A stretch of DNA of 64,000 nucleotides from an uncultured Candidatus Saccharibacteria bacterium (lineage in GTDB: Bacteria; Patescibacteriota; 4484-211; JAGQKX01), in NCBI GenBank assembly GCA_964392315.1, contig CAYMOT010000001.1, positions 285,498 to 349,497 on the forward strand, written 5' to 3'. Below, piece by piece: positions 40,902 to 49,769 of this stretch (position 1 is the stretch's first letter; every line of letters starts with the position of its first letter). Both the position numbers and the translations under genes were made by a program. A model generated the notes under the pieces. That model made no database searches, was not told the DNA's origin, and saw nothing but the letters and a program-made list of their open reading frames with translations.

Positions 40902-41831
40902 ATGCCACTCTTAGATACTGTTGTAACAATAGACGATAATGATTCAAAACATGCACGATTTGTTGTAGAACCCCTTGATAAGGGATATGGTCATACACTG
41001 GGAAATGCGCTCCGTCGTGTGCTGCTGTCTTCTCTAAACGGTTCGGCGATAAAACAAATAAAGTTTGATGGTGCAACGCATGAATTCACGGTAATTCCAG
41101 GAATAAAGGAGGATGTTGTTGAGCTTATCCTAAATTTAAAAAACATAATATTCAAAATGGAGAAGAAGCAGGCAACGCTGGTGACCATTGATATAAAAGG
41201 ACCTGGCGTCGTGCGTGCTGGTGATTTTCATTGCCCAGCCGGTATCGAAATTGTCAATCCGGATTTGGAAATAGCAAATCTTGCAGATAAAAATGCTCAT
41301 TTAAAAGCAGAATTATTGGTTGACTATGGCAAAGGCTACCATTTAGTTGAAGAGAAAAATAACGAAGTTGGTGTTATCCATTTGGATACGAACTTCAGTC
41401 CAATAGAGCGGGTAAACTATACGGTCGAAGCGACACGTGTCGGTAAATTAACTGACCTCGATAAGCTCGTTATCGATATTTTCACTGATGGGTCAATGGA
41501 TCCAGAGGAGGCGCTACGCCAAGCAGGGGCAATCCTCGTAGAGCAATTTCAGTTAGTCTCGGGGGGTGTCGCGGTAGAGCGCTTGGTAAATGAAGAGAAG
41601 GTAGAGAAGAAGGAAGCGCCGAAGCAGGAAAAAGTGGTGTATTTGGAGGAGCTCGATTTGCCTACTCGAGTGTTAAATACACTCCGTCGTGCGGGAATGG
41701 AAAATGCAGAAGACGTCATCAGAAAGGGTGAAGAAGGACTCCTTGAGATCAAAAATGTTGGCCCCAAAATAGCCATCTCAGTCCTCGAAAAAGCACAGAA
41801 GGCAGTTGCCGAAAAAGAGCAATCTGAATAA
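40902..41831 (+). CDS. rpoA: DNA-directed RNA polymerase alpha subunit
   Basis: A 309-aa protein with an N-terminal assembly domain (GYGHTLGNALRRVLLSS) and a C-terminal alpha-CTD (LEELDLPTRVLNTLRRAGMENAEDV). Confidence 0.93.
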   Translation: MPLLDTVVTIDDNDSKHARFVVEPLDKGYGHTLGNALRRVLLSSLNGSAIKQIKFDGATHEFTVIPGIKEDVVELILNLKNIIFKMEKKQATLVTIDIKGPGVVRAGDFHCPAGIEIVNPDLEIANLADKNAHLKAELLVDYGKGYHLVEEKNNEVGVIHLDTNFSPIERVNYTVEATRVGKLTDLDKLVIDIFTDGSMDPEEALRQAGAILVEQFQLVSGGVAVERLVNEEKVEKKEAPKQEKVVYLEELDLPTRVLNTLRRAGMENAEDVIRKGEEGLLEIKNVGPKIAISVLEKAQKAVAEKEQSE

Positions 41832-41915
41832 CGTGTTTGCCGCCCAACCTGTTTTTAGAACATTGCTTATTGAGAATGATCTTCCTGCCCGAGTACTTTT
41901 TGGGAATATATACAT

Positions 41916-42266
41916 ATGAAAAAAAGAGTAGTTAGAAAAAAACTAAGTCGGAGTGGTGGCCATCGGAAGGCGTTAGTACGTAATTTGGTCGAAAGCCTGT
42001 TTATACATGGACGTATTACGACAACGCTCCCAAAGGCACGTTTTATTCGGCCTACCGCTGAAAAGCTTATTACCCGTGCGCGGGTTGATACTCAGTCGAA
42101 TCGTGCATTAGTGAGGAGAAGTATATTTACTGATGATACCCTCAATAAGCTCTTTGGGGAAATTGCACCAAAATACCAGGAGCGTGCAGGTGGATATACG
42201 AGAATTATAAAGTTAGGGCAGAGACAAGGTGACAATACAGAGATGGCGATTATTGAACTCATATAA
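41916..42266 (+). CDS. rplQ: 50S ribosomal protein L17
   Basis: It has GGHRKALVRNLVESLFIHGRITTTLPKARFIRPTAEKLIT. Confidence 0.92.
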   Translation: MKKRVVRKKLSRSGGHRKALVRNLVESLFIHGRITTTLPKARFIRPTAEKLITRARVDTQSNRALVRRSIFTDDTLNKLFGEIAPKYQERAGGYTRIIKLGQRQGDNTEMAIIELI

Positions 42267-42268
42267 CT

Positions 42269-42697
42269 ATGGCAAAAAATACTGTAAAACCAAAAGACAT
42301 CAAGCCATCCTGGTTTGTAGTGGATGTCCGCGATGTTGTGCTGGGTCGAGCTGCTACTAAGATAGCGAGCATTTTGATGGGTAAAACCCATCCCTACTAT
42401 AGTCCGCAATGGGATATGGGGGATAATGTAATAGTAGTGAACGCTGAGCAAGTCCTAGTAACCGGGCAAAAAGAAAGCAAGAAGGTATATTATCGACACT
42501 CAGGTTTTCCAGGTGGTCTTAAATCTCAGACCTTAGCTGAAGTACGGAAAACAAAGCCAGAACAATTACTTATTCAAGCAGTCAAAGGTATGCTTCCTAA
42601 GAATCGGTTACAGAGTGTTCGACTTAGTAAGTTACACGTATATGCAGGCGCAGAACATCCACACGTAGCACAGAAGCCGGAACAATTAGCATTATAA
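42269..42697 (+). CDS. rplM: 50S ribosomal protein L13
   Basis: It has WFVVDVRDVVLGRAATKIASILMGKTHPYYSP ... VKGMLPKN. Confidence 0.92.
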   Translation: MAKNTVKPKDIKPSWFVVDVRDVVLGRAATKIASILMGKTHPYYSPQWDMGDNVIVVNAEQVLVTGQKESKKVYYRHSGFPGGLKSQTLAEVRKTKPEQLLIQAVKGMLPKNRLQSVRLSKLHVYAGAEHPHVAQKPEQLAL

Positions 42698-42699
42698 AT

Positions 42700-43110
42700 A
42701 TGACAAAAAACGGAACCAAAACAAATTATTACTGGACATCAGGGCGGCGCAAGACTGCGGTTGCTCGTGTTCGTATGGCTCAAGGCAAAGGGGAGATCAT
42801 AGTCAATGACCGTCCTTTCACTGAATATTTTCCACAAGAAAGCGACAGGTTACGTGTATTAATGCCTTTCCAGGAGACTGGTTTGAGCAATAATAGTTTT
42901 GATATATCAGTAAAAGCCCAAGGTGGTGGCAAAAAGGCACAAGTAGATGCAGTTATGCTCGGGATAGCTAAAGCCCTTGTGCAACATGATGAAAATTTCC
43001 GTAAGCTTTTGAGCAAGAAAGGCTTTCTGACAAGAGATCCTCGTATGAAAGAAAGAAAGAAGATTGGTCTTCATAAAGCACGCCGTGCACACCAATTCTC
43101 CAAGCGATAG
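42700..43110 (+). CDS. rpsI: 30S ribosomal protein S9
   Basis: It has YYWTSGRRKTAVARVRM ... GGGKKAQVDAVMLGIAKAL ... DPRMKERKKIGLHKARRAHQFSKR. Confidence 0.93.
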   Translation: MTKNGTKTNYYWTSGRRKTAVARVRMAQGKGEIIVNDRPFTEYFPQESDRLRVLMPFQETGLSNNSFDISVKAQGGGKKAQVDAVMLGIAKALVQHDENFRKLLSKKGFLTRDPRMKERKKIGLHKARRAHQFSKR

Positions 43111-43114
43111 TACC

Positions 43115-44143
43115 TTATATAAAATATGTGGCTATACTCGCTGCATAACTGACGAGGAGTGACGCAATCGCGAAGGTTAATGCACGCTTTCCCCATATTT
43201 TTGCCCCTTTACGTATTCCTAACAATGCAAGCATAGCGCCAAAAAGCCCAAAAAATAATGGAAATATTGAGAGGAGTGTTAATAGCCCGAAGAACATTGA
43301 TATAACACAGTATGTATTACCCTCATCTTGCGATTCTTTGAAGAGGTCAGGTATAAACAATTTTGGTGCTACATCTCGAAAGTGGAATAAGTTTATTAGA
43401 TATCCCAAGGTCACAAACAGGCATCCCCATACTGCAATGGTAACGAAAAAAAGTTTTGGTAGTGCTTCTGACACTACGATAAAATAATTATAGAGTGAAT
43501 GCATACTTGTCGTAAAAGCAATCGCAATCCAGACATTATGAAAATGTCGCCGGTTATCACGTAGCATATGCTCCGCAAGGATCCCACCCATAATAGCGCC
43601 TGTTCCTCCATGAAGTATTGGTATAAAGAGCGCTCGGAAGAGTGAAGAGTATGTGTCTATCTGCAGAGAGTAGAATGTATTCTCTACGAATGCAAAACCT
43701 AGCCCTACCAGTCCACCCCATAAAATGCCATCCATATGCTTAGTGATGCGTTGATGTCGAAAAACGAGTAGCCATATCGTTATAAGCTTTGAAAACTCTT
43801 CGCTGACAGCAAGCCATGCTATTACCCCGAAATTCCCTTTTGCAAATAGACTGTCGAGTTGATCAGATTGTATGCCCATGTATGCCAAAACAGGGAGAAC
43901 GATAACGATGGACAATAGAAATGAAATACTGCCTGCAGCGAGGGCAAAAAGAATACTTTTTGTTCCTCGGTGCCCGGTGCTTTGTTTGTAGAAAAAGAGG
44001 GACCATAATGCAGTAAATAGGCTTGAGCTTATGATTCCAACGATGAGCGACATATAGTTCATTGTATGGTAATAGCGCACTGAATACACGCCCAAGTTTT
44101 GAATTTGACCTACATTCTGAGAAAATGCGCGTATGAGAATCAT
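43115..44143 (-). CDS. PrsW-family intramembrane protease-like membrane protein
   Basis: A multi-TM protein with the PrsW-type motifs SEEFSKL, GLGFAFVENTFY and MHSLYN (an HxxxN motif), and extra C-terminal TM helices. Confidence 0.5.
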   Translation of the reverse strand: MILIRAFSQNVGQIQNLGVYSVRYYHTMNYMSLIVGIISSSLFTALWSLFFYKQSTGHRGTKSILFALAAGSISFLLSIVIVLPVLAYMGIQSDQLDSLFAKGNFGVIAWLAVSEEFSKLITIWLLVFRHQRITKHMDGILWGGLVGLGFAFVENTFYSLQIDTYSSLFRALFIPILHGGTGAIMGGILAEHMLRDNRRHFHNVWIAIAFTTSMHSLYNYFIVVSEALPKLFFVTIAVWGCLFVTLGYLINLFHFRDVAPKLFIPDLFKESQDEGNTYCVISMFFGLLTLLSIFPLFFGLFGAMLALLGIRKGAKIWGKRALTFAIASLLVSYAASIATYFI

Positions 44144-44906
44144 CCCCCGTTATAAGCCGAGTGGCGTTCAAAATACAGAGATTCTGAATGAGGTACGTAA
44201 ACAGTTTCCAGATACTGCTGTAATGCACGCAGGTGCATTGGATCCTCTCGCGGAAGGATTACTTTTAGTTGTCGTCGGGACAGAAAAACATACGGATATA
44301 CTACCTCTGATTGCTACAAAAAAGACCTATGAGTTTGAGATACTTTTGGGTTTTCGGACTGATACGTGGGATATCCTGGGTATTCCCATTAGCATTGCGC
44401 TGCCAGGCGTAGTGGATGTCTGCAGCAAGATAAACATGCAAGAACTACTATCTTCATATAAAGGGGAGATTATTCAGAAGGTGCCGCACTTTTCTAACAT
44501 GCGGTATCGTGGCAAACGCATGTATGAATGGGCACGTGAAGGAAGGGTGCATGAAGTACCATCTGTTTTTAGAAAGCGTATCGTGCATGATATTAGCTTC
44601 TGTGGTATCCGGAAAATACCGGCAACCTTATTATTCAAGGAAATATGTGAGAAATTAGTAAAAGTGCAGGGAGACTATCGTCAGGAAGAGATCCTTGGTA
44701 GTTGGCAGGACCTGTTTAATGCTCTTGATAGGGATGAACAATATGCTATCGTGTCAGGCAGAATGGTCTGTGATAGTGGTACATATGTCCGAAGTTTGGC
44801 ATATGACTTAGGGGAGCAGTTAGGTGTTGGTGCTACAGTTTGGCGCATTTGTAGAACACATATAGGAACGTATACCCTTGATGATGTCGAAAAGATGCTA
44901 GAATAA
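44133..44906 (+). CDS. truB: tRNA pseudouridine(55) synthase TruB, short form without an obvious PUA domain
   Basis: The catalytic region reads HAGALDPLAEGLLLVVVG ... KTYEFEILLGFRTDTWDILG. Confidence 0.8.
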   Translation: MRIIPRYKPSGVQNTEILNEVRKQFPDTAVMHAGALDPLAEGLLLVVVGTEKHTDILPLIATKKTYEFEILLGFRTDTWDILGIPISIALPGVVDVCSKINMQELLSSYKGEIIQKVPHFSNMRYRGKRMYEWAREGRVHEVPSVFRKRIVHDISFCGIRKIPATLLFKEICEKLVKVQGDYRQEEILGSWQDLFNALDRDEQYAIVSGRMVCDSGTYVRSLAYDLGEQLGVGATVWRICRTHIGTYTLDDVEKMLE

Positions 44907-46574
44907 GCGCTTTTGTACAGGACGCAGCTTAGGTTTGATCGGTTTAGTGCAATCGTGAACGGTGATTCCTTTAAGATCTCTTGTAAATCTTGAAGCCTCC
45001 ATCACTCTACGAGTGCCGTAAATAGTTCGGTTAGCTGCACAAGAGAGATATAAATGGTCTTTTGCCCGAGTCATTGCAACATATGCGAGTCGTCTTTCTT
45101 CATCAAAGTCCGTTGCTTCTCCTTCTCTCATATGCGGCAAGACTCGTTCTTCTAAGCCTGGTAAAAATACCACTGGCCATTCCAAACCTTTACTTGCATG
45201 TATTGTCATAACGCAAATTTTCTCTGTTTTATAGGTGGTGTCTGGATCGCGGAGTATGAGCTTACTGAGTTCCAAAAAAAATGGCAGGTCTTTTTGAATG
45301 TCTCCAGTTTCGAGGATGCGGGCCTCTCGGGCAAAAAGGGTCGTTGTAGCAGGATCTACACTCGCTGCATCAAATGATTTTCTTACGAGATCAACAAGCG
45401 ATGTGTTAAACACAAGCGTAGAGGGTTGTAAGCCATTCAAACTATTCAGTGCGGAAAGGGTTTGTTCATTCGAATTCATGGTGATAGGAGAAACAGTAAC
45501 GGGTAACCCGCGGTGTACAAGTGCCTTTTTAATCACATCCATCTGGGAGCGACTTCGTACAAGAATTGCGATGTCACCGAATGTGAAAGCCCCTTCCGTA
45601 TTGCTTTCGACCGCTCCGGTGTCATAATCTTGTCGACGTATACCACCAATGAGACGATGTATCGTATCGGTAATAAACTGGGCTTCGGCTTTGTCGGATG
45701 GGGTGGTGTATAGACCAATATGACCGACGGATTGCCTTGTGGCCAATTGTGATGAGGAATTTGGAAATAATTGCTGAGATATAGTTAGTATTTCTTTGCA
45801 CGAGCGGTAATTGTTAGCAAGTGTATACCTATGAGCGTTAGGACATCCGGTTCGGAGCTCTTCGAACCCGTGGGTATTTGCACCACGAAAGCCATATATA
45901 GTCTGTAAAGGGTCACCTATCACAAATAGCGTTGACCCCTCAGAAAGCAGTAAGATAAGTGCCTGTTGTGCTTTGTTTAAATCTTGATACTCATCAACTA
46001 ATACATGTGAAAATTGATTTTGGTACTTCTGCAGTATCGCCGGATCATTCTGGAATAAACGTATTGTGTGCAAGATCAAATCATCGAAATCAATCCAGTT
46101 GTTTTCATGCAGACGAGCAGTATACGCATCTATGATGGGGCGTATAGCGGTAGGTAGTTGTGAAGAAGGTGTTGGAGAAGCTTTGTAAAGACTCAGCTGT
46201 CTTATGGTATCTTGCACCTTTGCGATACCTTGGTGTTTACAAATGTCGGATATGATTTCTGCTTGGGTGTGTTCATCAATGAGCAGGGGAAGCGTACCGG
46301 TTTCAATGTGCAGTATATTGAAGCACCATGCGTGTAGGGTTTGTATTATTGGCGGTTTGGGTGTGCGTAGCATATTGCCTACTCTTTCAGTTATTTCCGT
46401 GGCCGCTTTATGCGTGAACGTAACAGCAAGGATTTGTGAAGGATGGACACCTTGTTGAATGATGTGTGCTATGCGCATAACCAGGGTGTGTGTCTTTCCG
46501 CTTCCAGGTCCCGCAATAACCAGTATCGTTGAAGCATTACTTTGTACTGCGTTGTGTTGTGCACGATCGAGCAT
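44898..46574 (-). CDS. UvrD/PcrA/Rep-family SF1 DNA helicase, compact
   Basis: It has motif I VIAGPGSGKTH, Ia TFTHKAATE, II VLVDEYQDLN, III VIGDPLQTIYGFRGA and VI VMTIHASKGLEWPVVFL ... VAMTRAKDHL. The track start 46676 overlaps the upstream gene, so the start was moved to ATG 46572-46574, 7 nt after the EndoQ-like stop. Confidence 0.8.
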   Translation of the reverse strand: MLDRAQHNAVQSNASTILVIAGPGSGKTHTLVMRIAHIIQQGVHPSQILAVTFTHKAATEITERVGNMLRTPKPPIIQTLHAWCFNILHIETGTLPLLIDEHTQAEIISDICKHQGIAKVQDTIRQLSLYKASPTPSSQLPTAIRPIIDAYTARLHENNWIDFDDLILHTIRLFQNDPAILQKYQNQFSHVLVDEYQDLNKAQQALILLLSEGSTLFVIGDPLQTIYGFRGANTHGFEELRTGCPNAHRYTLANNYRSCKEILTISQQLFPNSSSQLATRQSVGHIGLYTTPSDKAEAQFITDTIHRLIGGIRRQDYDTGAVESNTEGAFTFGDIAILVRSRSQMDVIKKALVHRGLPVTVSPITMNSNEQTLSALNSLNGLQPSTLVFNTSLVDLVRKSFDAASVDPATTTLFAREARILETGDIQKDLPFFLELSKLILRDPDTTYKTEKICVMTIHASKGLEWPVVFLPGLEERVLPHMREGEATDFDEERRLAYVAMTRAKDHLYLSCAANRTIYGTRRVMEASRFTRDLKGITVHDCTKPIKPKLRPVQKRLF

Positions 46575-46581
46575 AGGTGCC

Positions 46582-47874
46582 TTAGATAAGCGATAATTGA
46601 TTGTCTGGGTCTTTGGTATCAATCCCGGTTCGTTCCTCTTTCGAAAAGACGTGTACCTCCCCGTATAGTCCATCATAGCCTGGGGTTATCGTAATGTCTC
46701 CTGTGCGCGTTTTCTCTATTGCAGTCGCGAGTAGCGGGGAGCTGGCTTCGGCAATGTCTTGTATTGAAAGATCCATCAGAATACGGAGCTCTGGACCAAG
46801 TTTGTGTAGCAAGTCCATATACGCGCTATTGACCGTCTTAGACTGTATGCCTTTCTGTTCAACCTCGGCAATGATTTCGTTTAAAGGAATAAGGTGCATG
46901 CACCGTTCAGGGTCTTTTGCCTCTACACGGTCGGAAAGTGCCATTACCCGATTGAGTACCCCAAGCGTCAACTTTTTGTGGCAACGAGGGCATATATTAC
47001 CTAATGTTTTGCTTTCTGAGGGATGAAGTAGTACCTCACAATTGCGATGGCCGTCATAATGGTATCGTCCTTCGTGCGGATAAAACTCTGTTGTGCCAAT
47101 AAACTGAGCCCTATCTTTTGTTTTGACTGCATCCCATATCCCGTTGTATGAGATTTCTGTGTCGAATATGCAGGTTTCCCTTCCAATGCGGGGTGCAGAG
47201 TGACTATCGGATCCAGACATGAGCGCTACAGAATCAAGTGCAGACCATAAACGGTTCATCGCCGGATCGGATGACAGTCCTGTTTCAATAGCAAATATAT
47301 GGCTCGTGAGATCTCCATAACATGCTTCGAGAGAATCAAATCCCGAATTGGATCCGAATACTGCAAAGTGTGGTGTCCATGCATGGGCGGGTACCAGGTA
47401 CGCATATGGGGTAGTCTTCGTCACCATTCGTAAAAGATCCTGGCTATCAACCCCGAGTATTGGTCTACCGTCAGAGGAAAGATTACCAATCGCTCCAAGC
47501 TGCTCATTAATCGCTTCTACTATCTCAAAACTTGGTGCGTACAAAAGGTGGTGGACTTTGCGTACTTTCTCGTCTTTCGAATAAATAGTACTCACTTCAC
47601 TTTCAAGCATAAAGAACACCTCTCTATAGCACGAAGAGGGAACTTCGCTTTTTGCTGCGCGGGTTATCTCATCGGTTGGTTTGAACAAGCCATTGTTCAT
47701 AGGGATGAGATCTTTTTGCAATTCTTGCAACCAAAGAGGGTGTGTAAAATCTCCGGTTGCCATGACGGTGATTCCTTTGAGCATCGCCCATTTAGTCAAC
47801 TCTTTTATAGATAATGATTTGCTGCAAGCGTAGGCGTAGCGAGAGTGTAAATGAAGGTCGGCAGTAAAGCGCAT
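46582..47874 (-). CDS. PHP-domain nuclease, endonuclease Q-like (TIGR00375-type)
   Basis: It has the PHP metal motifs ADLHLHSRYAY and ATGDFTHPLW, plus VHHLL, SDGRP, VPAHAWTP and SGSDSHS. A central Cys cluster (HRNCEV ... ICPRCH) looks like a zinc finger, and the C-terminus reads GYDGLYGEV. The architecture matches archaeal/Bacillus EndoQ. The start is at ATG 47872-47874 (MRFTADLHLHS). Confidence 0.6.
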   Translation of the reverse strand: MRFTADLHLHSRYAYACSKSLSIKELTKWAMLKGITVMATGDFTHPLWLQELQKDLIPMNNGLFKPTDEITRAAKSEVPSSCYREVFFMLESEVSTIYSKDEKVRKVHHLLYAPSFEIVEAINEQLGAIGNLSSDGRPILGVDSQDLLRMVTKTTPYAYLVPAHAWTPHFAVFGSNSGFDSLEACYGDLTSHIFAIETGLSSDPAMNRLWSALDSVALMSGSDSHSAPRIGRETCIFDTEISYNGIWDAVKTKDRAQFIGTTEFYPHEGRYHYDGHRNCEVLLHPSESKTLGNICPRCHKKLTLGVLNRVMALSDRVEAKDPERCMHLIPLNEIIAEVEQKGIQSKTVNSAYMDLLHKLGPELRILMDLSIQDIAEASSPLLATAIEKTRTGDITITPGYDGLYGEVHVFSKEERTGIDTKDPDNQLSLI

Positions 47875-47880
47875 GTAGGC

Positions 47881-47888
47881 ATTATAAT
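47881..47888. promoter_or_regulatory. Palindromic -10 element ATTATAAT shared by the divergent EndoQ-like and methyltransferase genes
   Basis: On the minus strand a TATAAT sits 6 nt upstream of the EndoQ-like ATG (47874). On the plus strand a TATAAT (47883-47888) sits 8 nt upstream of the methyltransferase ATG (47897). Neither gene has a Shine-Dalgarno sequence. Confidence 0.4.
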
Positions 47889-47896
47889 ATGTAAAT

Positions 47897-48646
47897 ATGC
47901 AAATCAACGAATTTGCCTACCTGCGCAGGCAGGCAAATAATGACCGGTGGCAACACTCGTATCTCAACCTCAAACATCGGCGGATGCTCTTTCCTGATAA
48001 GCCGAGTGGTGCAGGAAGGCAGTTGTTAGAATTTTTAGATTCGCAGTCTGAATTTGATAAGTCTATGGCAGCGGTACTTGATATTGGGTGCGGAAATGGA
48101 AGGAATGCATTTGCTCTCGCACTGGATGGGTTTGGGCAAGTAATAGGATTTGATATCATTCCCCAAGCTATACAAGATGCAACTCAACACGCTGAAGACT
48201 CCGGTTTACAGAACGTAATGTTCACCATACACAATGTTGAAAATCCATGGCCGTTTGACAATGCAACATTTAATGTCGCCATTGACGTAAATACTTTTTC
48301 ATCTCTGTTGTCTGATGTGCGGACAATATATATTAATGAGCTTGTTCGGGTACTTGATGTGGGTGGTTACTTTTTTTTAACAACATACACCCTGCAGGAC
48401 GGCTATTACAATTCTTTCGTTGCGCATGATTCGGAGAGGCTATATCCAGGTATTGGGATAGTCTGTCCAGATGACAATATCGCACGTGTTTTGTACACAC
48501 CTGAGGAACTTAAAGAAATATTCGCTACGGTTTCAGATGGGCAATTGTCTGTTATGGGCACAAACGTTCACACGTGGTACGGCAAAATGTTTGATCGCTA
48601 TTATAAGCGAGAATTTTGTTCATTTGTTTTTAAAAAACATGAGTAA
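47897..48646 (+). CDS. Class I SAM-dependent methyltransferase
   Basis: Motif I reads VLDIGCGNGRNAFALALDGF ... VIGFDI. Confidence 0.7.
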   Translation: MQINEFAYLRRQANNDRWQHSYLNLKHRRMLFPDKPSGAGRQLLEFLDSQSEFDKSMAAVLDIGCGNGRNAFALALDGFGQVIGFDIIPQAIQDATQHAEDSGLQNVMFTIHNVENPWPFDNATFNVAIDVNTFSSLLSDVRTIYINELVRVLDVGGYFFLTTYTLQDGYYNSFVAHDSERLYPGIGIVCPDDNIARVLYTPEELKEIFATVSDGQLSVMGTNVHTWYGKMFDRYYKREFCSFVFKKHE

Positions 48647-49322
48647 TACCGGCATACGAACAAAAGTTACTAATACAACCAAATGTACTAATGGTATTCT
48701 ATTTCTGCAACTTAAAAGACCAGAGGGATTCGAGTATCAGGGAGGCCAGTTCATCGAAATACAAATCACGAAAGTTGGTGAATGGTATCCGTTTTCCCTA
48801 GCATCCTCACCTTTGGAGAGTGAGCTGTTGATAGTAACACGATTACGCGACACCGCATTCAAAAGGCAGCTTGGGTCATTGGAAATTGGCGACGAGGTTG
48901 CACTAACCGGACCATGGGGAAACTTGGTGTTACCAAAAACACTCCCTCCAAAAATCGGATTTCTGGCGGGTGGTCTTGGTATAAATCCGGTGAGGAGTAT
49001 GCTTTATGGTTTGGTGGCTGATCATAGTGACATAGTGGTTCTGCACTCAGTGCCCGACAAAGAAACAGCCCTTTTTTGGGACGAACTACATGCTTTGCCT
49101 ATTTCGTATATTCCAACATTTACAAAACGAATAGATGATAGTGTAATGCATGAACGTGGAAGGATTACTTCCTCTATGATTCATAGTCACCTGACGATAC
49201 ACCCTGAGGCGCTTATATACATCATTGGCTCTACACACTTCGTACAGAGTATGGTCGAAGAAGTGATTCGAGCGGGTTTTCACCGTGACCAACTTCGTGT
49301 TGAAACATTTACCGGTTATTAG
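48639..49322 (+). CDS. FNR-like FAD/NAD(P)-binding oxidoreductase domain protein
   Basis: An FAD-binding RxYS-like element (WYPFSLAS) is followed by a glycine-rich NAD(P)-binding segment (GFLAGGLGINPVRSM). The start is at ATG 48639, overlapping the methyltransferase stop; the track's 48471 start is a 5' over-extension. Confidence 0.5.
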   Translation: MSNTGIRTKVTNTTKCTNGILFLQLKRPEGFEYQGGQFIEIQITKVGEWYPFSLASSPLESELLIVTRLRDTAFKRQLGSLEIGDEVALTGPWGNLVLPKTLPPKIGFLAGGLGINPVRSMLYGLVADHSDIVVLHSVPDKETALFWDELHALPISYIPTFTKRIDDSVMHERGRITSSMIHSHLTIHPEALIYIIGSTHFVQSMVEEVIRAGFHRDQLRVETFTGY

Positions 49323-49383
49323 CGTCTGTTAGTACATTGCCAAGGAGAGCTGCCGGGCGTATATTTTAATAAGCACTACTCCT

Positions 49384-49761
49384 ATGCATAATGTTCTTAT
49401 CGTCGAAGATGATCGTCCAATGGCCCGCGCATTAGAGCTCAAATTAACCGAGGCTGGCCTTGCTTGTATTACTGCCTCAAATGGTAAAGAGGCTCTGGAG
49501 CGATTAGATGGATCAGATGTGGATATAATCATTTTAGATATCCTGATGCCCAAAATGAATGGGCTCAAATTTCTTGAGGAACTAGCAAAAAAAAATCTTT
49601 CAATACCCGTTATTGTAACGTCCAACCTCAGTCATGATGATGATATAAAAGAAGCGAAACGATTAGGTGCGGTAGATTACTTCATTAAAGCTGAAATAAC
49701 ATTGAATCAAATAGTAGACAAGATACAGGAAGTGCTGGGTGCCTCGACTAAGCAAGCGTAA
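49384..49761 (+). CDS. Stand-alone response-regulator receiver domain, CheY-like
   Basis: It has VLIVEDDRP ... DIIILDILMPKMNGLKF ... VIVTSN ... DYFIKA, the canonical D, D, T and K positions, and no output domain. Confidence 0.8.
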   Translation: MHNVLIVEDDRPMARALELKLTEAGLACITASNGKEALERLDGSDVDIIILDILMPKMNGLKFLEELAKKNLSIPVIVTSNLSHDDDIKEAKRLGAVDYFIKAEITLNQIVDKIQEVLGASTKQA

Positions 49762-49769
49762 CTACACCT

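Noticed and set aside
48471-48638. A 5' extension of the FNR-like ORF from ATG 48471
   Set aside because: It overlaps the methyltransferase C-terminus. The conserved oxidoreductase fold starts after ATG 48639, which overlaps the methyltransferase stop by 8 nt.
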